A DNA stretch of 63,133 nucleotides, counting the filler, from Chiloscyllium plagiosum (taxonomy: Eukaryota): assembly GCF_004010195.1 (NCBI RefSeq). It is 4 parts of one record of this genome, joined end to end, with 100 filler letters (N's around TTAATTAATTAA, not from the genome) between each part and the next. Parts side by side here need not be neighbours in the genome. Positions count along the whole stretch, not along the records: positions 13,770 to 39,054 come from NC_057717.1; positions 39,155 to 50,550 come from NC_057717.1; 2 more parts are not named here. One strand, 5' to 3'. The translations under genes were made by a program, and so were the position numbers. Under the pieces are notes generated by a model that worked only from the letters and a program-made list of their open reading frames with translations, had not been told where the DNA came from and made no database searches. This document shows positions 36,946 through 49,559 of the stretch, piece by piece (within the stretch, counting starts at the first letter, position 1; the number at the start of each line of letters is the position of its first letter).

Positions 36946-37722
36946 GGGTTGAGCTCCGGATTGGAGATTTATGAAGCAGAAAATAAAGTATGGCACAGAG
37001 GTAGACCGAGAAATCCTGCTGATCTCATCAGCTTTATCCTGTTTTCCTGATTCACCCCCTTCAATCAATGCATATTTCAGATCCTAATTCAGAATTCCTG
37101 GAGCTCTGTAACTGGCCTGGAACAATGTGTGGAAAGTCCTATTGCAGTACACACGAGGTACCTTTCCCACTGCCCTTCTTCCATGGCCTGCAATGCTGCA
37201 GACTGAGCAGACAACCCGAAGCACAATGATGAGCTCTTTCCGGCCCACGGCCCTCCTTCTCACTGAATGAAGACAATCACCAGAAGCAGAATCCAGCTCT
37301 TGTTGGAGCCTTGAATACCTGACTCTGTCTCACTGAGTGAAGATTCGACTCAGAAACAGAAATGAAATAAACTTCCTGTCTGCATTGTGTCACTCTTTAA
37401 GATCTCTGTGTGTCTGAGTTCAGGTCATTTGATTGGAGACTGCGGATAGTGGGTCCCCAGTGAAATGGAAAGAATGGTGGAGGAGCTCACTGAGGGACAT
37501 CTCTTAAAGTGAGAATCAGAAAGATGCTATTCCACATTGGAAGAGTTTAAGGGGAATTGATGGCTCAGAAAAATGTCATACTGATGTTTGTAAAACTTAG
37601 GAACTCTGATTGGTGGGGCGAAGGGCCTGTGTCCATATTGTAAGTATTGTAATCTACAGTAATCTATGACCAAGGTATGGCGAGCGTTGTTCGATTGGGC
37701 ATATATGACTTTTAGAAAAAGT

Positions 37723-37837
37723 GGGCGGCACGGTGGCACAGTGGTTAGCACTGTTGCCTCACAGCGCCAGAGACCCGGGTTCAATTCCCGAAAGGGCCTG
37801 TTTCCACATTGTAATGTAATCTAATCTAATCTAATCT
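37723..37837 (+). mobile_element. Internally deleted HE1-type SINE (tRNA head fused to tail)
   Basis: A and B boxes are followed directly by AAGGGCCTGTTTCCACA...(AATCT)4. Confidence 0.85.
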
Positions 37838-38189
37838 GATTGTTTTGGGCAGGAGTCTATTTTATCCTTGTGTAGATTTGACACATTAACCCTCCCTCCC
37901 CACCACTACAGAAGCTGTTGGAACTGTTCAGTGTTTCCAGCGGCTTCTGTAATTATTTCAGGTTCCTGACGGGAGCAGTCTGTCACTTTTCGAACAAAAA
38001 AAACCATCCTTTTGCAGCAACCAATATTTCAATAAGATATGGGAAGCAGCAGTGGGGAAAGCTTCAGAGATGCAGAGCAATTCTGCCCGGTTCCACACTG
38101 CAATTCACAGAAACCATCGCCAGGAAAATCAAGGAGCAAACTAATAGATACGGTTTTATCCCGTTGGCTTTCCTTAAAAACCACAGCAC

Positions 38190-38262
38190 TGCGGTGGCTT
38201 GGAATCGAACGCGGAGTCAACTGCTTGGAAAGCAGCTATGCTCACCACAATCCCACCACCCC
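38190..38262 (-). tRNA. tRNA-Gly(TCC) pseudogene
   Basis: Minus GGGGTGGTGGGATTGTGGTGAGCATAGCTGCTTTCCAAGCAGTTGACTCCGCGTTCGATTCCAAGCCACCGCA resembles vertebrate tRNA-Gly-TCC. The T stem is disrupted, and a T5 terminator lies 9 nt downstream. Confidence 0.85.
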
Positions 38263-38334
38263 CCCGCTAGCTACTACCTCCCCATTCCCAAACACACTTA
38301 ACAAGGCCGTGACCATTCCCAACTGGATTGGGGC

Positions 38335-38525
38335 AGAAATCCAAACAAGAAATTGCTGGGGAAGCTCAGCAAGTCTGACAGCACCAGAATCAGAAGCCTT
38401 CAGTTCTGAAGAACAATCCCTGTATCTGAAAGGTTCCCTCCACACACATGCTGCCAGACCTGCTGAGTTTCCCCAGCAATTTCTATGCTGTCTCTCAGAT
38501 CTGCAGCATCTGCTGCTCTTTGTTG
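38335..38525 (+). mobile_element. Older fold-back PLE-derived element (different family)
   Basis: AGAAATTGCTGGGGAAGCTCAGCAAGTCTG pairs with CAGACCTGCTGAGTTTCCCCAGCAATTTCT. A degenerate CTGAAGA...GAAAGGTT lies inside. Confidence 0.65.
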
Positions 38526-38611
38526 GAAACAAAGCAAACGTTGAGCCACCGAAGGGGATATTGGGACAGGTGATAGTCTCCCTCATCCTTAGAGGCTGAT
38601 GGGAAGGAGCA

Positions 38612-38875
38612 TGGAATCATAGAATCCCTATAGTGTGGATACCGACCATTCTGCCCATCATGCAGCCCATCAAGACTCAACCCCGCTACGCTATTCCTGT
38701 AACCCCGCATTCCCCATGGCTAATCCACCTCACCTACACATCCCTGGATACTATGGGCAATTTAGCATGGCCAACCCACCCTAACCTGCACATCTTTGGA
38801 CTGTTGGAGGAAACCGGAGCACCCGGAGGGAACCCACACAGACCCGGGGAGAATGTGCAAACCCCACACAGACAT
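38612..38875 (-). mobile_element. HE1-type SINE lacking its head
   Basis: GGGCAATTTAGCATGGCCAACCCACCCTAACCTGCACATCTTTGGAC core. Confidence 0.85.
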
Positions 38876-39054
38876 TCTTCAATCAGACAGGGATCTGGGG
38901 AATTGGAGAGGTTTAGAGAGGGAGTACAGATTAGACTGGTGTGTGAACGATGGGCCAAACAGCCTGATTTCAGTGCTGTAAAAACTCTACAGTAACTTGA
39001 CTCCTTACATGCAGCATTCATCATAGTTTGTATTGTGTTTTATTCCGTCCTGTT

Positions 39055-39154
39055 NNNNNNNNNNNNNNNNNNNNNNNNNNNNNNNNNNNNNNNNNNNNTT
39101 AATTAATTAANNNNNNNNNNNNNNNNNNNNNNNNNNNNNNNNNNNNNNNNNNNN
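39055..39154. other. Artificial contig-joining linker
   Basis: 44N + TTAATTAATTAA + 44N. Confidence 0.95.
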
Positions 39155-39500
39155 TTGTCCCGATGAAATTCGATTTGCGATTTCTCTGCACAGCGTTCCA
39201 GCTGATCTACAAAGTGCTGCAACCTTTAGCACTCTTCCTCACTATGCACAATTCCCCTAACTATCTCTAATCATTACATGCCTTTCCAAATGTCGTCTGC
39301 AAAATACTAATCAAACTGCTGACCTTTTCATCTGAATCACAGATATAAATTACACACAGACATCGCACCACTGATCCTTGTGAAACAGCATTGGCCACAG
39401 ACGTCCAATCAGAAATTCACCACTCCACATGCCTCTGCCTACTGTCACCAAGAAAATATTGTATCCAACTTACCAACGAGCATGGATTGTGATTTGATCT
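39155..39500 (-). mobile_element. Decayed CR1 RT fragment
   Basis: TGTCGTCTGCAAA (FADD on minus) and CACCACTGATCCTTG (QGSV on minus). Confidence 0.65.
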
Positions 39501-39789
39501 TCCAGATCCCCGTTGCTATTTGGAAGCTATCCATTCAACATGACTCTATATTTTGATTCCCAGATTAAATTGGCTGTCTCACTAATGCACTGACTGCATC
39601 CTTTCTTCACAACAAAATCCTTGTTTGGTTTTTTTGCTGATCCTGCCTGAAACCCTACAACCCCTCAATAATCACATTGCTGTCATGATCATTCTGCAGC
39701 CACCCCTCCACAATAACAGTTCGATCATATCTGTTCTCTTCAGTTAATGCTATCATTCCATTTGCCTTGTTGCAAATGCATGGCGCGTG

Positions 39790-42460
39790 TCACCGAGTGA
39801 GGGCCTTTGAGGGATGGATAGAGGTCACAGAGTGGGAGAGATGTTTGTGGGCGCGACAATGTTGCAGGGTTAAACATATTTACAGTTGCTACAGAATGTT
39901 CGCAGGAGAAAACATTTTATTGTTTGGAGGAATTTAGAGAGATAAAGCATCTTTGATTAGACTTCAGAGAAAGGGATGTGTGTAGGGCTGTGGATCGTTA
40001 CATGAGAACATCACAGGGAGGGTGGTATGGACTGGTGAATATTACAGGGAAAGGGAGGGTGGTATGGACTGGTGAATATTACAGGGAAAGGGAGGGTGGT
40101 ATGGGCTGGAGAATGTTGCAAGCACATGGAAGATGAAATAGACTGGAGAATGTTGCAGGGAGAGGGATGAAGTTGTAGACTGGATAAATTTAGAAGGAGA
40201 GATGATTTTATGCACTGGCAGGCATGTCAGAGAGAGTGAGTGGTGTGCATGCTGCAAGATACAACAGGGATAGGGAAGCTTGTAGAGACTGGAGGAGAGA
40301 GTCATAGAGAGGCTTGTGAGAGACAATATTCATTTATGAGCATCGGATGTGCTACAGTGAACACAGACCTTTGCAGATATAAACGAGGATACAATGGACA
40401 CAAAGCAGTCACACCCATACATAGGTATACAGGAACTGATGGAATTGAAGAGATTACACAGACTGGGAGTGTTGTATGCAGTGGAGTAGATTAAACTGAT
40501 AGGGATGGTTTTAGAGACTCAACAACGTTAGGAAATAGTGAGGGTTGCAATGGTGAGAGCAGGTTTCAGCACGGTGGGGGATACAGACCTGAAGGAGCTT
40601 TCACAGATAGCAATGGCTTTCGGGTCTGGTGGGGGCTGCACAGCACAGGGTATTGTAGTGGCTGGGGGCATTTACACAGATAGGGAGAGTATTAGTGGTC
40701 GGCAGAATTCACAAAAACGGGTCTGCAGAACAGGACAGAAATCAGAAGGGTTGTATCAACTTGATGGTGTACACAGGCAGGAAAGGTTATGTGGATTGGA
40801 GCAGCTCACCATGACAGAGAGACGCATGGAGACTGGAGATGTTGCAGAAAGATTACTNNNNNNNNNNNNNNNNNNNNNNNNNNNNNNNNNNNNNNNNNNN
40901 NNNNNNNNNNNNNNNNNNNNNNNNNNNNNNNNNNNNNNNNNNNNNNNNNNNNNNNNNNNNNNNNNNNNNNNNNNNNNNNNNNNNNNNNNNNNNNNNNNNN
41001 NNNNNNNNNNNNNNNNNNNNNNNNNNNNNNNNNNNNNNNNNNNNNNNNNNNNNNNNNNNNNNNNNNNNNNNNNNNNNNNNNNNNNNNNNNNNNNNNNNNN
41101 NNNNNNNNNNNNNNNNNNNNNNNNNNNNNNNNNNNNNNNNNNNNNNNNNNNNNNNNNNNNNNNNNNNNNNNNNNNNNNNNNNNNNNNNNNNNNNNNNNNN
41201 NNNNNNNNNNNNNNNNNNNNNNNNNNNNNNNNNNNNNNNNNNNNNNNNNNNNNNNNNNNNNNNNNNNNNNNNNNNNNNNNNNNNNNNNNNNNNNNNNNNN
41301 NNNNNNNNNNNNNNNNNNNNNNNNNNNNNNNNNNNNNNNNNNNNNNNNNNNNNNNNNNNNNNNNNNNNNNNNNNNNNNNNNNNNNNNNNNNNNNNNNNNN
41401 NNNNNNNNNNNNNNNNNNNNNNNNNNNNNNNNNNNNNNNNNNNNNNNNNNNNNNNNNNNNNNNNNNNNNNNNNNNNNNNNNNNNNNNNNNNNNNNNNNNN
41501 NNNNNNNNNNNNNNNNNNNNNNNNNNNNNNNNNNNNNNNNNNNNNNNNNNNNNNNNNNNNNNNNNNNNNNNNNNNNNNNNNNNNNNNNNNNNNNNNNNNN
41601 NNNNNNNNNNNNNNNNNNNNNNNNNNNNNNNNNNNNNNNNNNNNNNNNNNNNNNNNNNNNNNNNNNNNNNNNNNNNNNNNNNNNNNNNNNNNNNNNNNNN
41701 NNNNNNNNNNNNNNNNNNNNNNNNNNNNNNNNNNNNNNNNNNNNNNNNNNNNNNNNNNNNNNNNNNNNNNNNNNNNNNNNNGAGGGGTTTACAGATGCAT
41801 GGAGAAATGTAGTGACTGGAGCATACAGAGTGGTGAGGGCTGTAGGAGATGCAATAATTTAGAAGGACTGTAGAAGCTGGAGGCGTTCACATGACAAGGA
41901 GAATTGTAGGAATGTGGGGAGTTTACAGAAGTAGGGAGGTTGGAGCATTCTAAGTAATTAGTGGTTTGGAGCACTGTCCAGACTGGGGGAAGTTTCAGAA
42001 TGATGGAGGGATAGAGCAAAAGGAAGCAGATGCAGAAAATCGAGGAACATAAACATGTCACTTCGGTGCTGTGCCACTGAGGGTCATCAGGAGGACAGTT
42101 GTCCTCATTAAAATGTACAGATCCTCAGGGGAATGGACAGGGTGGATGCTGAAAGGATTGTTCCTTCAACTGATGGGAGAGAGACAATCAAGCAGACTCT
42201 GTTTGGCAAAGGTGGAGAAGGGGGAATTGTCTTTTTCTTCCAATGGCCCAAAACTACTGCAGGTATGTTCCCACACAGCTCAAAGGAATGCAATGCGATA
42301 ACATTGGTAATTTAGGATTGCAGGAGATACGAGATCAACGCCAGGTTGGAAGGGCTGGAGGGAATGAGAGAGAAGGGAGATGTTCAACAGCTGGAAGGGT
42401 TTACAGGGAGTGGACACTATCAGGACTAGAGAACATGACACGCTCACTCATGAGAGGGAG
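39790..42460. repeat. Purine-rich, highly degenerate satellite-like region, including a fresh 37-bp tandem (40015-40117)
   Basis: Recurrent TTACAGAGA/CTGGAGGG-like motifs. AGGGAGGGTGGTATGGACTGGTGAATATTACAGGGAA occurs about 2.7 times. Confidence 0.55.
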
Positions 42461-42571
42461 ATAACGAAATGGCACAAGGTCAAACACAGGAGGAGGATTC
42501 CAAACTCCATACCTGTTATCTAGTCAGGGAGCTGCTGTCACCCAGTCTGGTGCCAAGCCCCACATACAAAT

Positions 42572-42752
42572 AGAGTCTAGGTGAGAGTAGTGCTGGAAAA
42601 GCACAGCAGGTCAGGCAGCATCCGAGGAGCGGGAACATCGACATCGGGCAAAACGTCGATTTTCCCGTTCCTCGGATGCTGCCTGACCTGCTGTGCTTTT
42701 CCAGCACCACTCTAATCTAGACTCTGATCTGCATCTGCAATTCTCATTTTTG
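42572..42752 (+). mobile_element. Fold-back PLE family A insertion with an ~11-bp TSD
   Basis: Inverted arms meet at CATCGACATCGGGCAAAACGTCGAT. TSD CCACATACAAA at 42560-42570 and CCACAAACAAA at 42753-42763. Confidence 0.85.
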
Positions 42753-43317
42753 CCACAAACAAACAGCATGAGGTTTCCCAGCTGCTGGTGCTCAGGGCCC
42801 AGTGCACTCACCCCTGAACCAGGGGTGAAGTATTTACACAGTTACACATTCGCCAGAAACACTGTGTCCGAGCCGACATAAACTGGTAAATTCACACTCT
42901 ACCAGGCAAAGACCATCTGCACTCAGATTCCCTGGTGATACAACCCTCTGCGTGACAGTATTCAGAGAACAACAGAATCCACAAATCCCCATTGCATGTG
43001 TCAGGGTCAATGATAAAAGTTTCATTCTTTCAAAACTGACAACTCCTCAATTCCTGCATCTCACAAAACTGTCATTTAAAAATATTAAAATAAAGAACAT
43101 TCTAAACGAAGGTTTTGAGGAGGTGAGCTGTGGTGAGTCCTGTAGATCTAGATGTTACCAGATACATTGAGAGCACTTTCTACCAGAGCGTGACCAAGTC
43201 AACCTCAGGCACACAGAGAGAATGGGCAAATAGGTTTACATCTGAACTCACATCTCCCAGCCAGGGAACCTGAAACTGTGCACATTCATTCCGGTAAAGA
43301 TCTCTAGAAACAGGACA

Positions 43318-44767
43318 TCAGAACCAGAAGACTGGAGGTTGACTATCGTGTTGCTATTATTTAAGGAAAGCATTAAAGAAAAGCCAGGGAACTATCAACT
43401 AGTGAGCCTGACGTCGGTGGGCACGTTGTTGGAGGCATTCGTGAGGGATTGGATGTACATGCATGAATCAGGGTCAAGGAATTGCAAGGACTGATTAGGG
43501 ATCGTCAACATTGCTTTGAGAGTGGGAAATAATGTCTCACAAAATTTATTGAGTTTTTTGAAGAAATAACATAGAGGATTGATGAGGGCAGAGCGTTGGA
43601 TGTGATCTATATGGACTTCAGTAAGGCGTACAACAAAGTTCCCCATTGGAGACTGGTTCGCAAGGTTAGATCTCACAGAATACAGGGAGAACCAGCCAAT
43701 TGGTACAGAACTGGCTCAAAGGTAGAAGACAAAGAGTGGTGGTGGAGGATTGGTTTTCAAACTGTAGGCCTATGACCAGTGGAGTGCCACAAGGATCAGT
43801 GCTGGGTCCAATATTTTGCATTATTTACATAAATGATTTGGATGTGAGCATAAGAGGTATACTTAGTAGGTTTGCAGATGACAACAAAATTGGAGGTGTA
43901 GTGGCCAGCGAAAGAGGTTACTTCCAATTACAATGGAATCTTGATCAAATGGGCCAATGGGCTGAGAAATGGCAGATTGAGATTAATTCAGATATATGCG
44001 AGGTGCTGCATTTTGCCAAAGCAAATCTTTGCTGGACTTATACACCTAATAATAAGGTCCGTCTGAGTGTTGCTGAACATAGAGATATTGGAGTGCAGGT
44101 TCATTGCTCCTTGAAAGCAGAGTCGCAGATAGGTAGGATAGTGAAGGAAGCATTTGGTATGCTTTCTTTTATTGTTCAGACTATTGAGTACAGGCGTTGG
44201 GAGGTCATGTTATGGCTGTACAGGACATTGGTTAGGTCACTTTTTGAATATTGTGTGCAATTCTGGTCACCTTCCTATCGGAAAGATGTTATGAAACATG
44301 AAAGGGTTCAGAAAAGATTTACAAGGATTTTGCCAAGATTGGAGGGTTTGAGCTAAAGAGAGAAGTTGAATAGACTGGGGCTGTTTTCCCTGGAGCAGCG
44401 AAGGCTGAGGGGTGACCTTACAGAGGATTATAAAATCATGAGGGGAGGAGAAAGAGACAAAGTCTTTACCCTCGGGTGTGGGAGTCCATAACTGGAGGAC
44501 ATAGGTTTATGATTAGAGGGGAAGATATAAGAGACTTAAGGGGCAATTTTTTTCATGCAGAGGGTGGTACATGTATGGAGTGAGCTGCCAGAGGAAGTAG
44601 TGAAGGCTGATACAAAGACATCTGGATGGGTATATGAATAGGAAGGGTTTGCAAGAATATGGACCAGATGCTGGTAGGTGGGACTAGATTGGGTTGGGAT
44701 ATCTGGTCGGCATGGACAGGTTGGACAGAAGGGCCTGTTTCCATGCTGTAAATCTCTTTGACTCTAA
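43318..44767 (+). mobile_element. CR1 LINE RT plus 3' UTR
   Basis: ORF 43700-44356 has GVPQGSVLGP, FADD and EYCVQFWSP. Confidence 0.95.
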
Positions 44768-45088
44768 GAAAGGCTGAATGGTTCAATCAGCAATGATCTG
44801 TGGTTCAAATCATAACATCCTCCATGTTCCACAACCCATACTTGGTTCCATCCTGCAGGTTCTATGAGTTCCAGTCCCTCTAACCTCCTGCAGGAACCAC
44901 GTCCCTTCCTATATTAGCACCATCCTCCAGGTTCTGCAGCCGTTCCTACCTCTGTAACATGGCCCGGGCTCTACAACCCTTCCCTCCTCTGCAATGTTCC
45001 CCATAAGGGCAGTGGAGGCCAGTGGCATTTACAGTGGCCAGTGGCCAGTGGCCAGTGGAGTTAAGGAGGGATATTGGGACTGGAGGAT

Positions 45089-45242
45089 TCAAAGTTTGTG
45101 AGAAGATTTGTAGCTCGGGTGCTCGTTGCTGTGGTTCTGTTCGCCGAGCTGGAAGTTTTTGTTGCAAACGTTTCGTCCCCTGTCTAGGTGACATCATCAG
45201 TGTTTGGGAGCCTCCTGTGAAGCGCTTATGTGGTGTTTCCTC
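45089..45242 (-). mobile_element. PLE family B 3' end with a hammerhead motif (45164-45203)
   Basis: Near-identical to 54395-54550. Minus CTGATGA-TGTCACCTAGACAGGGGAC-GAAACGTT. Confidence 0.85.
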
Positions 45243-45599
45243 NNNNNNNNNNNNNNNNNNNNNNNNNNNNNNNNNNNNNNNNNNNNNNNNNNNNNNNNNN
45301 NNNNNNNNNNNNNNNNNNNNNNNNNNNNNNNNNNNNNNNNNNNNNNNNNNNNNNNNNNNNNNNNNNNNNNNNNNNNNNNNNNNNNNNNNNNNNNNNNNNN
45401 NNNNNNNNNNNNNNNNNNNNNNNNNNNNNNNNNNNNNNNNNNNNNNNNNNNNNNNNNNNNNNNNNNNNNNNNNNNNNNNNNNNNNNNNNNNNNNNNNNNN
45501 NNNNNNNNNNNNNNNNNNNNNNNNNNNNNNNNNNNNNNNNNNNNNNNNNNNNNNNNNNNNNNNNNNNNNNNNNNNNNNNNNNNNNNNNNNNNNNNNNNN

Positions 45600-48000
45600 A
45601 ACATTTAAAGGGTATCTAGATGGGTATATGAGTAAGGGTTCAGAGGTACATGGGCCAAATGCTGGTAAATAGGATGAATTTATTTAAATCTTCTGGTCAG
45701 CATGGATGAGTTGGACTGAAGGCTCTGTTTCCATGCTGTACATCTCTATGACTTGAAAAGAGTGCATGTTATAGAAGAGGTGATGCTTGTGGTTTTAAAA
45801 CACAAAGGTATGGAAAGCCCCAGGACACGATTAAATGTATCACAGGACATTGTGGGATGCTAGGAAAGAAATTGAGGAGCTACTAGCAAGGGTATTTGGA
45901 CCATTGACAGCCATGTGTGATGGGCTGGAAGGCTGGAGGGTGGCATAGTGGGCAGTGAAGGGGTTTTCTAATGTTACAAAGGGATCTTGATGAAATGGGT
46001 GAATGGGCTGAAAAACTGTAGATAGTATTCAATCTGAATAAATGCGAAGTAATGCATTTGGTAAAACAAACAAGGATAGAGCTTATACAATTAATGTTCG
46101 GGTCTTGGTTAGTGTTTTAGAGCAGAGGGACCTCTGGGTTCAGGTACAAAATTCTTGGAGCTTGCATCAAAGGATGGATAAGACAGTGCTTGGCATGCCT
46201 GACTATTGCTCAGTCCATTGAGTGGAGGATTTGGGATGTCATTATGATATTGTACAGACATTGGTGAGGACTCTTCTGCAATACTCTGTCCAGTTCTGGT
46301 TGCCCAGTTATAGAGAGGATATTATTGATCTGAAGGGCGTTCAGAAGAAACTTACCAAGACCTTGCTGGGTATGAAATGCTCGAGTTCTGAAAAATGGCT
46401 GGATACGCAGAGTTTTTTTTTTCAGTGGAGCCTGGAGGTTGAGAGGTGACCTTACAGAAGTTTAAGAAAAAAAGTTGGGATATAGATAGAGTTAATGGTC
46501 ATTGCCTTTTCCTTAGGATGAGGGAGTCAAAGTGGACGGGCCACATTTTTAAGGTTAGAAGAGAGAGATGTTAAAGAAAAAGGATGTAAGGGGCAAATTG
46601 TTACACAGAGGATGGTTTGGGTATGGAATGAACTTCCTGAGGTAGAGGTCAGTACAATTACAATGTTATAAAGACATTTAGTTAAGTACATGGATAGGAA
46701 AGGGTTTGGAGGGATATAGGCAGCAACAGGCAGCTGGGATGAGTTTAGTTTGAGATTATGTTTGGTATCAACTGAAGGGTCAGTTTCCATGCTGCACAGC
46801 TCTGACAACAACATGGTTTTGTTCCATTATTTAAGAAAGACTGCGATGGAAAGCCAGGGAACTAAAGACCAATTATCCCAATGTCAGTGGTGGGTAAGTT
46901 GTGGAAGTGATTCTGCCAGACAGGAGTCACATTCATTTGGAAAAGGCGAGGATTGATGAAAGATAGTCAGCACGGCTTTGTGCAGACAAAGTCAGGTCTC
47001 ACTAACTTGATTGTTTTTGTTGAAGTGGTGACCGTACATTGTCTACACTAAAGTCAGCAGGACTTTTGACGGGATTTAGCATGATATCCTGGTTTGTAAG
47101 ATTAGATCACATGTGATCAGGGGGAGCTAGCCAACTGGATACAAAATTGGCTTGACAGTAGGAGACAGAGGGTGGTGGAAGAGGATTGTTGTTCAGACTG
47201 GAGGCCTGTGACCAGCGGCGTGCTATAAGGATCGGTGCTGGGTCTACTGGTGTGCATCATCGACAAACGATTTGGTTGAGAATATCAGAGTCATTGTTAG
47301 CAATTTTGTGGATGATCAAGTTAATGCCGTAGTGGGCAGTGAATACGGTTATCAAAGGGGATCTCGACCAACTGGGCCAGTGGGCCAAGGCATGAAAGAT
47401 GGATTTTAATTCAGGTGTTGAGTTTTGGACTAACACAGTTAATGGTACAGCCCTGGGTAGTGTTGTCGAACAGAGGCAGACGAAGGGGTGCAGTTACATT
47501 GTTCTTTGGAAGTGGCATCATAGGTGGACAGGGTGGGGAAAGCGGCATTTGGCACACTTGCCGTCATTGGCCAGCTCTTTGATATATGAGTTGGAGATAT
47601 TTGTAACATTGTCTTCAATATTTCCCTTGCACAGAGGTGGCTTATAAGGGGTGACCTTATACAGGTTTTTAAAACCATGCGGGGAGTAAGAATGGTGAAT
47701 AGCTGAGTCCAAAACTAGAGGGTATAAACGGGAGGTGAGAGAGCAAAGATTTAAAGAGGGAGCTGAGCAGCAACATTATACACAGAGGATGGTGCATAGA
47801 CAGAACGGACTGCCAGGGCCACATGGAGGAACAAGAACAATTACAACGTAGAAACGAAATTTAGAGAGGTACATGGAGAGGAGAAGGTTTGAAGGGAGAT
47901 GGGCCAAACAGAGGCAAATGCAACTCGTTCAGTTTTGGAAACCTGGTCAGCACTGATGACTTGGACTGAAGGTTCTGTTTTCATACTTTATGACCCTGTA
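45600..48000 (+). mobile_element. Three successive decayed CR1 copies (about 45600-45755, 45770-46805, 46815-48000)
   Basis: Repeated RT motifs and three separate 3'-UTR tails. Confidence 0.8.
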
Positions 48001-49007
48001 CCCAGTTAAAGAGGATGAGAATAGTGAGATTCGGCATGTTGTAGACATTGAAGCAAGCTATAGCCATAGGGATGGTAGTCTGGAATGCGGTACATTTCAA
48101 ATATGCAGAGGACCTACATGAAAACGAGGTTGTTACAGAGATAGGAACTGTCATAGGAGTTAAAAATTATTGAAGACACTGAACCACAAGACATACCATA
48201 GGTACAGTGTTGGAGGGAGAACACAGAACAGAAAGATCCCAGGCAGCATTCCCACCCTCTCGTGGGAGGCCTGCTTTCCCCTTTGTTGTACTGATGTTCA
48301 CTAAGAGAGCACAGGCCTGGATTGATAACTGTGAACTCTCTATGCTGTCTCAGTACAACGTAAGTTAAAGTAGACGTGGTGATTGAGCTAGAGGTGTGTC
48401 TGTACTGTGCTCCCCCTCCAGCACTGCATCTGTGTCATGTCTTGTTAGCCAATGTTTGGATCTCTCTCATTGCTCTCTGCTCCGTGCACTGTGAGTGGTC
48501 TTACCTCACTGCAGGATTTATTGAAGGCTCCAGATTTCCCTTCCCATTGTCTCTCTGGCTGAACAACCATCTTCAATGTGGTGATGGACGAGACATCCAG
48601 TAGTTGGGAAGTCTACTGAGTCAAGACCTCCCTGAGTACCTACAGGAGACAGACAAATAGACAGTATGGAAAATTACACTGTTGTAGTGAAGGTTATACA
48701 TGTAGAATGGCACTGAGTCCCACAGAGGTCTGGAAAATCCCAGTCTCCATTCCTGGCCTGTGCTGTCACGTCTCTCTGGAGTGGAGAATTCTGTTGGCTC
48801 AGGATCTGGAGAAGCTGCATGAGCGAGAGACACTTACAGAGGCAGCAATGAGACCCACACAGTTAGGGATACGACATGGAGAGAGTCTGAGTGATATCAC
48901 CAGAGTGCTGGAAGGTATCAGGATCAAACAACTGTGACAAAAGAATAGGTTTAGCTTCATGATGCACTGCTATAGCTGGTCAAGGAGTGAGAAACCTGTG
49001 AGCAGGC

Positions 49008-49260
49008 GAAGTGATGGCCTAGTGGTATTATTGCTAGAGCATGTATCCAAAACCTCAGGTAATGTTCAGGGGAAACAGGTTTGAATCCCACCGTATGAAA
49101 TGGCAGAAATTGAAATCAATAAATTCAAATATTATAATTAACATTCCCTAAATATGGATGAGACCATTGCGGATGTACAAAAAAACCCAAACACTTGTCC
49201 TTTCGAGAACGACTTGCCAATCCTCACGTGGTCTGCACGACATACCAACAGCAAAGTGTT
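49008..49260 (+). mobile_element. Deu-SINE-type (SacSINE1-like) tRNA-derived SINE, decayed
   Basis: A box TGGCCTAGTGG, B box GGTTTGAATCCC, then GGCAGAAATTGAAATCAATAAA. Confidence 0.6.
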
Positions 49261-49559
49261 TTACAAATCCAAATAGAAAAGGTGACGCATTGGAACAGCA
49301 TGGATGTGGCTGAAGACAAGCAGAAAGGAACAGGGTGGGATAAGGTTTAACTAAAACTCTACCTTAGCGATTCGGTTTCTGATAGGAAATTGTGGGAAAG
49401 AGTACAGAACTTTTTTTTTCCGCATAGACAAAGTCTCTTCAATAAGGATTTGTGACACAGGTGAAAGAGATTTAGACACCATAGAGATGTGATTACAGGG
49501 TGAACAAATATTCAATGATTCACAACCTTGTGGAAATTCAGGTAAAATGGACGACGCTA

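Noticed and set aside
38039..38599. 186-aa ORF with an MGSSS start
   Set aside because: Runs across a tRNA pseudogene and a fold-back repeat with no domain; likely chance.
48495..48560. Possible exon ending GAG|GTAAGA on the minus strand
   Set aside because: No convincing acceptor, ORF or homology seen.
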